64,000 nucleotides of DNA from Rhina ancylostomus (taxonomy: Eukaryota), in NCBI GenBank assembly GCA_030265395.1, contig JARFYF010000050.1, forward strand, positions 16,195,550-16,259,549, written 5' to 3'. Each line of letters opens with the position of its first letter. Positions within the stretch are counted from its first letter, which is position 1. A program made the translations under genes and the position numbers. Positions 12,197 to 26,573 of this stretch are shown one piece after another. Below the pieces are notes generated by a model, which searched no databases, had not been told where the DNA came from, and saw only the letters and a list, made by a program, of their open reading frames with translations.

Positions 12197-15100
12197 TCAC
12201 ATTTTATGATCAATAATAAAATTATTCATCAAAAATAAAATAATAAAATAATAAAAAATCAACAATAAAATAAACCTGCACCATTTAATGTAGAATTGAC
12301 AAAATACAGCTTATTATAGCTCATTGAAGGAAGTCAGGAGATCCAGATGCCATAAATTAGCATGAATGCTGTTGGAGGATCAGGTTGGGTAAACTCTGGT
12401 GCTGCCCATTCTGAAGGAAGTTGATGAATGTGAAACAGAATCACCAGCAGAAACAGGGACAGGATTCCAATTGAAACTGGGTGATATGATTCAAAAATTT
12501 ACAAAGGAATAGCTCAACTTTGAGCCAAATACACATCCAATCCCAATCCAGCCTTTAGAAGGTTATTAGTCAAACTGAATGAGGCACATGTGAGTGATTC
12601 TGGTCATTCATGCCACCCATTTTTACCAAATTGAACCAATCCTTTGGAGAATTTAAATAATGTGTCAGTGAAGGATTTTCCCTTTACTGGGAGATTGAAA
12701 TGAGGGATCAAGGCCCTTTGGATGATGAGCCATTCAGGAAAATGTCAATGCTGAATTGCGCCTTACCTTTCTTCCCGAGCCACACGTTGCAGCCAGTGCT
12801 CATTCCCAGATCAATTCAAACATGAATTAGAAACATGATTTTCAACCTGCACCCAAGCTGATCTGATACATGGGAAGTAAGATGCATGGTTGTGGTCCAC
12901 ATCAGATATTGAGAGCTGCAAGTATAGCCCAATATGGCAAGAGGATCACTAACTAAACCATGTACATTCTGGCTAAACTGTTGAAGATCTAACATTGTGC
13001 ACTTCACACTGCCATACAGCATCCAATGATACTATGCATGTAATTACATAACATTTTCTCAAATTGGAGTATCCTTCCTGCATCTGGGGGCTCATGCTCT
13101 AATTTTGTTTCCATTGTCTCAGGAGCTGTTTGTCACCTTGTTCCTTCTTCACAACACGATCCCTGGTTCTGCTGATGATTCCATTTCATTTTCATCGACT
13201 CCCTTCAGATTGGGCAGCATCAGTGCTTCCCTTTCCAATCCTCCTACAGCCCTCATGCTAATCCACATTATNNNNNNNNNNNNNNNNGAGTGATGAAAAT
13301 TAGCCTTTTGTCAGTTCTTCAGTTGGCTTCTTCATTTATCCTTCAAACCTATCCATTAGCTGTGCTCTCTTACTTTTGATGATTCCATACCAGTCATTCA
13401 CCTATCTGTATTCCCAGTTTCACTGCCTCACCATAGTCATGAAATTTGCACAAGAGCTTCATTACAACATTTGTCTACAAGGAACTTGGTTTTGAATTTT
13501 CTTCAAAAACAGAGGTCAAAACTTAGAGGTTTATTATCTGATTCAACCTCTCCCTCACTTTGTGCTCTCTTTGTTCAAAGTTTCCCCCTGTACTCCTAGT
13601 TTCCAGCACTGCATACCACTGTTTGTCTCACATCATCCAACCAGAACCATTTATGTAAATACATAATTTTGTTTCTAGATCATTCTATCTTTCCTACAGT
13701 TGATGGCTCATCTCCTGAATTTGTTCCTATTTACCCACAAGCTCTCTCCCACCCAGTGGGATATTTTGGTCACTGATCTTCCGAACTTTCCTTCTTTGAT
13801 TTGTCTACACTGAAAATATATTGTCATCCACCTTGTTCTATTTCTCTGCATGAAATTACATCAGATGATGCACAAAACTTGGTAGCTGAAACAAATGCAA
13901 GTTTTCCTGTCTCCCTCAGTCTCTTCCTTAATCTACAGCCTTCCAGCTGTTAAAATCCAGGCTCAGAGCTTCTCAATCATTACCGATGAATAAATCTTAA
14001 TAATTTATCATGATTGTGCATTGCACTGTGGGCCTTGATCCTTCATTTCAATCTCCCAGTAAAGGAAAAATCCTTCACTGACACAACATTTCAATTCTCT
14101 AAAGAATTGGTTCAAGTGATAATTTAGTAATAATGGGAATTCACTGTTAAATTCGTATTTCTTCATTCAGGACCATTATGACTGGTCAAACTAATTTCAT
14201 TTAGTACTTTTGTGGCCACTATTGTAGATTATGATTCAATTTGAACCCAAGTTTCAAATATAAGTGGAATACCACACCACAGCAAAAACAATTTACATCA
14301 GAGCATGTTTCAAAGCATCAAGGTGGCCAAAAGACTATTGCTGGTGAATGCAGGTGTTGCATTAACATCATCTGCAAAATATCACACAAGTCAATCTGAA
14401 AGTGTATTATTGCCTTTGAACCACAATCTGAAATTCGAAAACACATTACAATGTATAAAATTCCCTGACAAGCAATGGGATAATGACTGACCTAAGCTGC
14501 TGTTTAGTTAATAAACTATTAGGCTTTAAAGGTGCCCTGCCCAACTTGGCAGAAAAATGCATTGTGCATGCAAGATATAAAACTGTTATCATTATTAAGT
14601 GTCATATCATCTGACTTTCAAGAGAAATACCACAGGATGTTCACTAGTACATTATTATGCTTTAGAGATAGTTATTGATAAGCTTTATATCAGCCATTAC
14701 CACAACAATATAAATCATCTGCTTGAATACATTTTTAGATGGCATATATTCCAATAAATTCAGCAGTCCCATGCTCCCACCATGAGCCATTTATCAAAGA
14801 AAGAACAGGTCGGGGACAGGGCTACGGAACTGTTACAATAACTCTCCAGTGCATACACTCTTTGGGCACGGCTCCTCACTGAGTGTGTAGAACTGCTGAA
14901 CTTCCCGCTGTTTTATAAGAAAAGGCCTTGGTGAATTTGCTTGTGCAATAGGATAAAAGCTGAAAGATGGAGTATCTTTTTCCCATAGTGTCTTTCCTGG
15001 CATGTGCTTAACATCTGGGCCTAAACTTTCTGCAGAAATGCTTGCTGTTCTGTTACTGCCATACAAACACAGAAATCAAACCTCCACACAGCTGATTGCC

Positions 15101-17105
15101 AGGATTCCCCAAATGTACTTGGCACTGGCCTCCTCAGGTCCAGCAGCACAGCACATATTCTCCACATTTCCCAGCACATATGCTGGGAAATCTGCCCATG
15201 GTAAGCCTATTCGTTTAATTGGTGAAGAATCTTTCAGATATATAAAATAAATTACAATTTTTTTCAATTTCACCAAATTAATTTCAATGCATTTAATTAT
15301 TTTGAGAGCCTTCTAATGTTTTGTGTTTTTAATTTTATTGTAAGTCAAATATTTTGATCATATGGTTATTTTTTTTAATAGTGCTTGAATGTTAACAACA
15401 TTCACAAGCATTCATTCTCAATGACAGCCACTGTAGGTGGGGCTTTACTGACGGTTAGAGCAAATCTGAGGGCAGGGATTGCCATTCACAATAGGAAAAA
15501 TCCTGAATTCCACAGGGATTGGCTGAGGAAATTCATGTCAAGGGAACTACTCCAAGTTGGACAGGGTTAATGGGTAGAGGATCAGTCAGAGTGGGTGGCA
15601 AGCAAGGATGGTGATCAAATCTTTGGGATTCTTGCTTCTATATTTACATAGGTTTCCACCCCAGGCTGCCTGAATGAGATTCCACAGTTTAAGTGCCTAA
15701 GTACAGGTAGTTTTGATAGGGATTCCTGTGGGAACCAAACAGGAAGCATTGGACTATATTTTCCCAATAAAGTCATCTTCTGTATTTGAGCTTGGATTCA
15801 GGCTCAGGCCCCTCAACTGGTCTGCCTTCTCTCAATGTTAATTTGCAGAAAGCAGTGTTTAGGGAATACACAACACAAATTGATCTGCAAATCTATTTCA
15901 AATGGATAATAAGACTTCAGGCTTTGGGAAAAGTCACATAATTCTGTTAGAACTTGTTTAATTTAATTTATTTGTACCGTTAAAAAAAGATGCATTTTTG
16001 ATGATGATAAATGCAAAACATATGGACCTGATTTTCAAGAGATTTCTAAATATGTTCTAGACACATGCCAACCCAAAATGAAATGGAATTAAAACCAGCC
16101 AAAGGAGAATTATTCAGCAATTCTGGGATTTGAAAGGGAATACGTTTCACCTCCTCATGACATGACAAACTCTTGTAAGTAACGTCACTCTTCCCCTTCT
16201 GCTTACTCACTGTGCTTACAGAAACACCTCAACACAGAGAACAATCAAAGGACCATAAGAAGTCCAATTTACCTCAAAACTGGATAAAACTAGCAAATAA
16301 ATAATACAGATTTTATCAAAGCTACCAACACACTCGGGTTCACATTACTTACATTCTACAGGAAGAACCGACTTTCTAATCCAGACTTCATTAAATCAGC
16401 CTTTGATTAAAGCCCATTTTATTAATACAAAGTACACGAAGGAAAGAAAATAGGAAGTTTACTGCTTTATGATTACATCTATTTCATATTGTGAACTTTG
16501 TTTTGTCATAAATATCTTTACTGTATTTGTGTGCATGTAAGGGAGAGAGGAAGAAAGAATGCAAGGAAGAGAAAAAGAAAAACAAGAATGTCTCAAAGAA
16601 TGTCACAGCTGTATTTTTTCTAGAGTGAAATCAAGCAACAGGTGCCTCTTTGCAAAATGAATAAGGGTAGAAATGTAATTTTTCAGTTAATGAGCAGTGA
16701 TAATGGTTAAATTTCATTAATTTTCTCTATCTCANNNNNNNNNNNNNNNNNNNNNNNNNNNNNNNNNNNNNNNNNNNNNNNNNNNNNNNNNNNNNNNNNN
16801 NNNNNNNNNNNNNNNNNNNNNNNNNNNNNNNNNNNNNNNNNNNNNNNNNNNNNNNNNNNNNNNNNNNNNNNNNNNNNNNNNNNNNNNNNNNNNNNNNNNN
16901 NNNNNNNNNNNNNNNNNNNNNNNNNNNNNNNNNNNNNNNNNNNNNNNNNNNNNNNNNNNNNNNNNNNNNNNNNNNNNNNNNNNNNNNNNNNNNNNNNNNN
17001 NNNNNNNNNNNNNNNNNNNNNNNNNNNNNNNNNTATAAAGCAGAGTGGTTCGCATATAAAAAATATTATGCAGGCACGTGTTTGACCATAATCTATACAC
17101 CATTA

Positions 17106-17333
<228 letters not shown>

Positions 17334-18479
17334 TTAACTTGTAAATATTGAGATGCACAGTTACATGAAAGGAACTGTTTTGATCATTATTTGCATTGAA
17401 ATCTCTCTTTTACAGTTTTGAATGTGTTTAGAGTGTGACTGCACAAAGCAAGCAGAACAATTCTTCACCCGTGTATCCTGGCAGTAGTACAATCACTTTG
17501 TCTTTGGCCATCAGTCACTGGTGTGGTAGTTGTTCCTCCTAAGCACATAGCTGATAAAATGATTCACAGCAGGAACACTAAAAGAAGCAAAGAAAAAGAA
17601 AAGGATGTTTGATCCATCAAAGCCTGCTCTTTCTGCACACCATGGGTACCCTGCTCTTTCAGCTGCCTCATTTACTATTTCACCACTGATAGAAAGTTGT
17701 GCAAAGTGTATTGCTGAGTTCCAATGATGTTCATCTTGGCTACAAGCAAATGAGACAAGGGTTTGCAATATTCCAACAAAAACAGATGGCTCAATAGAAT
17801 TGAAATGTGAATGAATGATAGATAATACACTCTGCCACAGGAAAGTGAACCGGATGGCCCTGTTCACTTTGTATCTGACAAAATGGTATTATGTTCCTGG
17901 CCTCAAGGCTTCACTGTCATCAGCTAATACTAAATTTTCAGAATGTTCCTCCTCCATGTCAAATTAGGCTTACTGATTTGAACAATTTGGGAAGGGAAGT
18001 AAAATTCACAAATAAACAATTAAGAACAGGGACTAGAAGCATATTTCCTTTCATAGTGAGTGAATGCACAGCAATATTATGGATTGGCAATAATGATGCC
18101 CTTTATCTCTCCAGCTTCTGCTCTTCTTCGAAGACCATTCTTCGATTAAACTTTGAACTCTCTTCTTTCAGTGCAGCCATGGACTAGACTGGTTTAGACT
18201 CATGTGAAGTGTCCTGGGAGATTTTCTACTTTAAGGATGTTTTCTAAATGCCTGTTAATGTTGTTGCAGCTAAAACTAGATATGTCGAAAGGAAAGATCC
18301 ATCCAAAGTAAATTCAGTCACATTTCTTTGCCAATAGTTTCAAAATTATTTGCTTTGCACGAAGAGTTTTCTTGTAAGTATTATGTGAATTGCCAGAACC
18401 TTTGGGGTGGTTTCCTAGTTCCAGTCTGGCCATTCTACAGGAAACAGAAAACTTTTGATGATGGATGTTCTTTATGCTA

Positions 18480-18860
18480 AAGGTACGGTAATGTACCAGA
18501 TGTGGGAATAGTAATCCAGGAGGATTCAATGCATCATGAGAGAATGTGAGTACAATTCTTGTAGTTGAATGGTTGAAGAATATGACTCAGTCTGCAAAAG
18601 TTCCATCAATGAAAGTGTTGGGGATGTGGTCAGATTGGTGTAAAAACCCAACCTGGGAAGGAAATCTATGACCATTACTCAGTCTGGCCTGCTTTTCCCT
18701 CCCAATCTTTTGAAAGGATGGGGAGTAAATCCATTGCCAGGGAGGGACTCTTCCACAAATAATGAAGGAAAAATACCATTGATGGAAACTGAAAAAAGAA
18801 TTTCAGGGATAAATCAAAAAATTGCTGGGAGGTTCACATAAAATTTGAGGAAAATACTTT
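18480..18860 (+). mobile_element. Decayed SINE, same family as 57720-58040
   Basis: Shares gtaaaaaccca...ggaaggaaatcta..cattactcagtctggcct with the 57.8-kb copy. Confidence 0.4.
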
Positions 18861-19967
18861 TTTTAAAAAATGAAGTGCTGCTGAAACCAAGGAATAAAAT
18901 TATGAAAAGGAACCATATAAAACCAGGGAAAAAAAACAGAATGAATCATGCAGCATTTACAGGATTTATCCTATTCCCAGGCCAAGTCATACATAATTCT
19001 GCTTTGCATCATGGTTTCTGTGAGATTAATTTGACTGTCTCATAAAATACAGCAAAGAAAAATTAAAATAACTGAAAATCCTTTCCATTAAGATGACCAG
19101 TAGCTGTAACTGGTTCTGTTTTTCAACAAGTGAAACTAAACTTCAGCATACTAATTTTAACCAAATCTTTCTAACATAATTACCATGAAAAAAGGTTAGT
19201 AGCTAACCTGGAATAGCAAATTGAACTTAGTAGTTCACTACCAAGAACGATAAGTGGAAGGATGTGGTCATGCTGCCTTGTTGAAATCTTCTGGAAATTA
19301 CTGGGTTTACTTATAACAACAGAGCAGGTTGACTTACTCTTGCTGGTTTGTATAAAAATGTACAAATGTTGCCGATATTCTGAAATGATTTTTCTTGAAG
19401 TGGATTGCAAGTCAATTAAAGACAATGCATCAAACACACGCAGAAGAACGTGATTATGTACTTCCACATCATACTGAAAATTTGTAGGCGTATGTCTAAA
19501 ATAGAGAAGCATACCTTATTTTTCCAGGTCTAATAGACATGGAAGAGCCTGAACATTAAAAGTCTAGGTAAGTGCAAGGGCGTTGATGAATGCAGTGTAA
19601 CGCATAGAAAACACAAAGGTTCCCTCGTAGGTTTCCAACCAGGACCATTTCAGTAAGTGGGGGACTGGCATACAAAAGTTCATCTGCCCAAATTTGGGAA
19701 GACAACACTTTCCATTAGTGTCTTCTCCCCGTCCGTGAGCTAGGCTGCCTGAAGTTCCAGGACTGCCTGGCTTTGGTTTGGAATATCACATGACTTGATA
19801 GTTCAAACTGGAGATTTGATGGAGACAAGCTAAAGTCTTGTCAATTCAGTCATAATGATTACCAGCACTAGGTAATCACACCACCCATACTTTATTATGG
19901 GGAAGCTCAAGGATGTTAAGCAGATTAAAAATAATTAAGAAAGGCAGTGACTTTCAGTGAACAAAAA

Positions 19968-20312
19968 CAGAATCAGTATCAGATTTATTACCACTGACTT
20001 ATATGTCCTGAAATTTGTTGTTTTGAGGCAGCAGTAGAGTGTAAAGATATAAAATCATTATAAATTACAAAAATAAATAAAGAGTGCAAAAAAAGGAACA
20101 ACGAAGTAGTGTTCATGGGTTTCATGGACCGTTCAGAAGCCTGATGGTGGAGGGGAAGAAGCTGTTCCTTAATCGTTGAGTGAGAGTCTTTAGGCTCCTA
20201 TACCTCCTCCCCGATGGTAGTAAAGAGAAGAGGGCATGTCCTGATTGTTGAGGGTCCTGAGTGATGGATGCTGCCTTCTTGAGGTACTGCCTCTTGAAGA
20301 TGTCCTCATGAC
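19968..20312 (-). mobile_element. Rex1/Babar-clade LINE 3' fragment
   Basis: ORF 20122..20538 C-terminus reads DIFKRQYLKKAASITQDPQQSGHALFSLLPSGRRYRSLKTLTQRLRNSFFPSTIRLLN, typical of Rex1 ORF ends. It is followed by a 3' UTR ending taataaatctgatactgattctg. Confidence 0.85.
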
Positions 20313-20629
20313 AGGCAGTGAGCAACACCTTATCAGAAATGGCTTCAAAGGGAGTGGCTGTCCATAATGTATCAGTAACGAGCAATAAGACATAAAAAAC
20401 AAATACATAATAGGAGCAGGGGTAGAACATATAGCTCTTTGATCCATCATTCAGTAAAATCATGACTGATTTGATTTTGGCCTCAGCCCTACTTTCCTGG
20501 TTGCTCCTCACAACCATTGATGGACTGGGTTTGCACAAATATTTGTATGTTAAAACACATATTGTTTGGATTCAATTTTTAATGGTGTTGAATTGTGAAA
20601 GGTTATTAATTGATGAAGCTGGGGGATAA

Positions 20630-20880
20630 GAAGTTTAAGAATGGACAATGACATTGGGGAATATCTTTAGATGGAGGGTGATTAGTTTTTTTTAAATTCA
20701 CAATTATCGAAAGTTATTTAAAAGGAAATTCTATAGTTGCTTGAGAAGAGGAATATCTAAGTACATGGAGATTGAGCAGGAGAGAAGATCAGCATTCAGT
20801 GTTTCATTCATAGACAAATGGGAGTGCCAACTGGATGTGTCAAAGGACCTGTTTCTGTCCAATAACACTGTATGATTCTT
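20630..20880 (+). mobile_element. Decayed CR1 3' end
   Basis: Degenerate CR1 tail caaaggacctgtttctgtcc...tgtatgattct. Confidence 0.45.
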
Positions 20881-22559
20881 TACACTGTGGCAAAATCCAA
20901 GACATATTCTAATGATCTCTTTAGGATACTATTCAGACATGAAACACAAATAACTTTTGTGTTGGATTCATTTTAGACTTTCCAGATGCTGCATTTCCAA
21001 ACTCAGTAATGAACACAAATGCCTTACTTATCTATTGTATACTCCAGCAAAAAGGATTATCCTGCAGAACTAGTAATCAGATACTCCACCGATTCTAATG
21101 ACTGGATTACTTTGGCGGCAGATGGAGTGGGATATGAAAGGAACCATTTTGGCAAGCTAGAATTCATAGAACAGCTCAACCAAATAANNNNNNNNNNGCT
21201 TTTCCTTTGGGAATGAGATATTACTTTGATGAGTATAGATGGTGATGGGTTAAGACAGTAACTGATTTTGACAAACCTTTCTCTTTTTCTTTTTTCCTGT
21301 CAGTTGTGTACAGACATGATAATATTGAGCCATTACATTTTAGTATGAAATGTATATGCTTGATCTTTTGTTTGTTAAGGTTTTAACACAGAGTAAGGAT
21401 TAAAAATGCATACGCAGGTTTGACTGGGACCTGAATATGCCAATGTTCGTCGTGGCTTAATATTCCAATCAGTCTACATGGAATTGAGAAAGATTGGTTT
21501 TGGTACCATTTTCAATGAGCCAAAACATGGAGCTTTGCCTTATGTGAAGAACACTATGCCCAGGTGACGTCAAGAAACATCTCAGACTGCCTCCTGTCTT
21601 TACTAACCAGAATATTTGGCTTCTTTGTTACCCAGCAGCATCCCTGCACACTCTTGAGGCTTCCTAAGCCCAACTTCTTCTAAGCCCTTTGGGTCTGGGC
21701 AAATAGGGTTTGCCCCTCCAGATTTTTCAGTAATGTAGTTCAGAACTCTCGTGATTAGTTCACTTGGAACATTCTAAACAGCTGACAGTACCAAATGAAC
21801 TTCCTGGTTTCCTTCACATTTATGCATTTCAAATGTAACTCCAGACTTTCATTTGACAAAGGGTGCCTTTCATTTTATGATTAAAGCATGAATAATACAT
21901 TATTCACTTTGCAAAATGCTGAGTTTTATTTTTGTTCTATCCCGATTCGAATTCTCCCTAAAAGTTGTTCATCTCCACTGCAGCTGCATCAGATGTCAGA
22001 TCTCTTTTTGGCCCATTGTAACCATGCACTATTTCTTCACAGCCTTTCCCTCATGACTGGTTTGTTTTATGTTTTTTATATTCTACTCTCAGGAACATAC
22101 TTGTATGGTAATTCTCTAGTTTAGCTGAAGCAAAGCACCCACTCATTTAGAGAAGGATATAATAGGTTGTCCATTCAATTTGTAAACTTCTTCTGTCAGT
22201 ACATAGATGGAACTATAGATAGACTTATAAGCTGATGTAGATCCAAACTAAATCGGATTAAATTTAAACATCAGCAATGCAGATTAATATTTCCTATTTT
22301 GGCAACCCATGCTGAACATGAAAAGTCATTGCAACATCATTACATTTCTGAGCAGTGAAGTTCTAAAACCAGTTTTTGTTGATTTTTCAAACATTAAAGA
22401 CAATTTCTTGTAAACAAGTCAAAAGTCGCAAAAAGTGAATCTATCTTGCTTAAGGCGAAACAAAAGAAAAGTGAATTAGCAGCTAATTCACCATCAGTGT
22501 GAACAGAGTAACTGTCTCCGTTCCTAAGTGACTCCAACTGTCTGCATTCTGTCTTTCTT

Positions 22560-22658
22560 TTTACTACCTTGACCTACTTATGTATGGTACGATCTGATGG
22601 CACACAAACAAAAGCTTTTCGTTGTATCTTGGTACACATGACAGTAATAAACCAATAC
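22560..22658 (+). mobile_element. Rex1/Babar-type 3' tail fragment
   Basis: aaaagcttttcgttgtatcttggtacacatgacagtaataaaccaatacc. Confidence 0.5.
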
Positions 22659-22963
22659 CCTGGAGGAATCAAGAATCAGGGAATGGAGAATGAAGGCCGC
22701 TGGCAAAAGACCCAGCGTGATATGAAGAAATCTTTTGTAGGCAATTCCTTGGGGTTAGTGGGAGAAGTAACTGACAGGGAAAGGAAAATATCTGGAGAGG
22801 GCAAAGAGGAGGGCGTGGGACTTGACGTGGTTAAATTGCTCTTGCATATTAAAGCCACAGATTTACTGGGCTCCTTCTATGCTGTAACCTTCCTTTGATG
22901 CTGTGAAAACCTGAACCCATAAATTTGTGCATTGCTATTAAGTAAATGATTGATGGTAGACTA

Positions 22964-23203
<240 letters not shown>

Positions 23204-24899
23204 TTAGAGACAATTGAAAAATTTCTTCAAACACAGAGTGCCTTCCCCACATGGACTGCAGTGGTTTAAGGAGAAAACTCAACAGCGAATAGACAATCAT
23301 TTCTGGCTTAACCAGCAAGGCCCAAAGTCTCAAAAATCAACAAAGAGCTTCCCTGACATATTAATGCTTTGTAAGCAGTAAAACTGGGCTTGGTAACACC
23401 AATTTTTTGGGTACAGCCATGCAATATTGGTGTGTATTTTTTGGGGGTGGGGGAGGGTGATGACTGCATTAGCAAACATTCCCCTTAGAATGCAGTGGAA
23501 CTGGAAGAATGAGCAGTTCCTGTGCAGAACAGCCCAAGTTGTAGGAAGTGGGAGGAGCAGAAAAGGGAAGAAGGGCTCAAAACATAATGTTATAACTGCC
23601 CAGTCTGCAGTTTCTTCAACTGAACCTCAGCAATGAACAATTATGTAAGGAGAGCCTCAGTGAAACCTGCTACCAGGTGCTAACGCAATAGTGGCATTAG
23701 GAGAATGTAAGGACTGCATTGCAAATGGATGCAATGCAGTGGTGATCGTAGCCTTTAACTTTTATGCTTCTATCCCCTTCCATTCTGCATCTGGAGATAT
23801 ATGCAACATCTGATAGCTACCATTACTATTGCATAAAGAAAGTCACCAAAGCTCTCTGTTACAAGACAGCTGAATACAATTCATCCTGTCTTGCCAGAGA
23901 GTAGTAAATATGAGAGAACTTGCTGGGATTACTGGCTTTGCTGTGGTGCAGGGAGACATTGACAGTATACCTATCACTTTATGGGCACTGCAGGTTAACT
24001 CTTGTGTGGCTAAGCTCGGTAAATCAAGAGTTGTTATCCCGGCTGCAGCTGATATACCTTAAATCTGCATCAAACTATCGTGCCCCTTGCAAATGAAAGA
24101 ACAGGGTCCAAGGGTTTCCAGTGCAAGGCAAGACTGAAATTCTCTGGTGCAACCTATGAACATGTAGGCCACATACGTACAGTCTGATGGTGCAGCACGT
24201 TGGCATGCTAGAGCATCAACTCTGCCACCTGATGTGCTCTGGAGAGTGAGCACATCAAGGCACATACTGGTCAACCTCTCTATCATGAGGCCACAGCACT
24301 TGCCATCAGACATTCAGAGAGAAGCTGATGATGATGCTGAGTAGGTGCAGCTGGAGGAAGAGGGAGGAGGCAACCTGTAGCGCACCCTTTCCACACAGAC
24401 TGCTTGAGTAGGATACACCCAAATGCAATAAATACAGCCTCAATCCCCGTCATCAACTGAATCTCACCTTACTTGCCTCTGCTATGACCATCCCAATGTA
24501 CATATGATCTTATTGTAAAATGAAAGCCACCATAAACATTTCAAGTTCACATTATCAATGAAATCATGCTACATGCCATGCGATCATCAACTAACTATCC
24601 TTTTGCTTTCCCTTGGCTGTTCTTCTGCCTTAAGCAGATCAAGCCATGTATCTTGCAGTCTCTTGGGTCTCCAAGCCATACATCTGCAACATGGCCTGTG
24701 CAAGGACGCCGACTTTCAGCAGAGGAGATTGCATGTGTCCTTGGAGGACAACTTTGAAACTAGGACTCCTAACTTCAAACAGCACCATCTTGGGATGGGC
24801 GGCAGAGTGAAAGTAACAGATTCATCCTCCACAGAATCACTGCCTTGTTCCCTGGGCTGGTGTCAAGCAGTCCTAGTAATCTGATGGAGGACAAATCAT

Positions 24900-25060
24900 G
24901 GACTGCTTTGACATACTACAAGATCCAAGGCTTTTGAAGTTGTGCCTGGAAAGACTTCGAGACATTCATCAATACAGGACATTCCTATTATTTTTCAGCT
25001 CCTCCATTAAGGCTTCCAATACCTTGTACACCTTGAAATATGTTTTCTCTCATTCTGCCA
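24900..25060 (-). pseudogene. Possible Harbinger Myb/SANT-like ORF fossil
   Basis: Reverse complement reads KVLEALMEELKNNRNVLY**MSRSLSRHNFK, resembling the first helix of Harbinger-associated Myb/SANT domains (LE.LVEEV..RR.VLY). The match is short and stop-disrupted. Confidence 0.35.
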
Positions 25061-25816
25061 TTCTTCAACATTTCTGTTTAATGGCTGTCATGAGCTGCTC
25101 AAGCCACATGGCACCTCCTCAAACCAGTGAAAGTGCCCCATTATTGATGTTTGCTGCCAATCGGTAGCATGAAAAGCAATGGCTGGATAATGCCTGCAAT
25201 ATGATTAATGTGTGCAATGTGCTGCCTATATTGCAATCAACTTATGTGTGTTAATCATGGATCATAACCTTGTAGTTTTTTGGGGGAGCTTTCAAATTTA
25301 GGCCTCATTAGATTTGGAAATTAATCATGATCACTTTTTGTGATGGCCTTCAGTCTTTAGATGTAAATTTTGCTCCCATGATGAAGCAACAGGCAGAGCA
25401 AAAGCAGTAAGTTCGTGCTTTGCTTATGTCACCTAGATTTTCGGAAAACAGATATAATATTTCCCTATTTATATATTTAATGCCTGTCAGTCATTTTCCA
25501 TCAAACAAGTTTTTCCACCCAGAAGCTGTAGGAATTCAGCCGCTGGGGCTCTTCACAACTACAAAAATATCGAGTTCATAATCCGAAAACCAAAAGCATA
25601 ATTTTTGCAAGTCAGTTTAGCCTGATCTTCATTATCTCATCCCTCATGAACCGACATACATTACAGCAGCTATGGTGAGTAGAGGGAGATCCCATTTAGC
25701 TAATGATATTCTGGCCAAGTGTGCAACCAAGTGTGTAAACATTGTGGTCCACGAGCCAAGTGCACGATCAGCTTTTTGAATACTCATCCTTTCCCAGCAC
25801 TGAAATGCTAAGGAAA

Positions 25817-26138
25817 GATGACACAGTGGTGCAGCTACTCACAGTTCCAGAGACCTGGGTTCAATCCTGATTTCCAATGCCATCTGTGTGGAGTTTGCAC
25901 ATTCTCCTGGTGCTAACATGGATTTCTCTACATGCTTCGGTTTCCTCCTAACACCCAAAGATGCCGGGTTGGGAGGTTAATTGGCCACTACAAATTGCCC
26001 ATAGAGTGTAAGTGACTGGTAGAACCCAGGGAGAGTTGATGGGAATGTAGTTAATAGAGTATTACTGTGGATAGGAACTTTATTTTAAGCACAAACTCAA
26101 TGAGCCGAAGATCTGTCTCCATACTGCATGACTCTACA
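25817..26138 (+). mobile_element. V-SINE (HE1-like) with CR1-type tail
   Basis: tRNA-like head with B box (gggttcaatcc), V-domain tgtgtggagtttgcacattctcc...ggtttcctcc...ggttaattggccactacaaattgccc, and CR1-like tail gagccgaagatctgtctccatactgcatgactct. Confidence 0.8.
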
Positions 26139-26458
26139 ATTGTTTTTTTTTTACTCTCTCTCTGATGTTAGATATAATACCAACTAAGATAATCTAAAAG
26201 AACGTATTAACATTTCTTAATTCAGGATTTAAAATATTTGAGGTTGATCATATTAGATATTCTGGTTGGAGATGCTTGATATCTCCAAACAAGTAATGAA
26301 GCAAAACGGAATTGTAGGTACCCAAGCATATAAACTGCTCCTCAAATCACAACCAGTTCTGATAATTTGGACACAGATTTTGGGATGGGTAATTACAAAA
26401 TGATATTAAAAAATAAAGCTGCTCACTTCATGCTGTAGTAATCCGACAAAAATCTTAC

Positions 26459-26573
26459 CGAAGTAAGTGGTCCCTTTCCCTATCCAAACGCGCCAAGCCC
26501 ATTCTCTCCTCACGAAAATGATTGCTTTCTTCCTCCACCTCCAAGTCGATGACGTAGGCAGAACGCGATGATC
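26459..26573 (-). CDS. BAHCC1: BAHCC1 coding exon C (115 nt, phase 1-2): GSSRSAYVIDLEVEEESNHFREERMGLARLDRERDHLLR
   Basis: Acceptor ttgttggcag|GA, donor TTCG|GTAAGA. Matches the BAHCC1 DLEAEEER...RLGL...LL segment, and the phases fit both neighbours. Confidence 0.88.
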
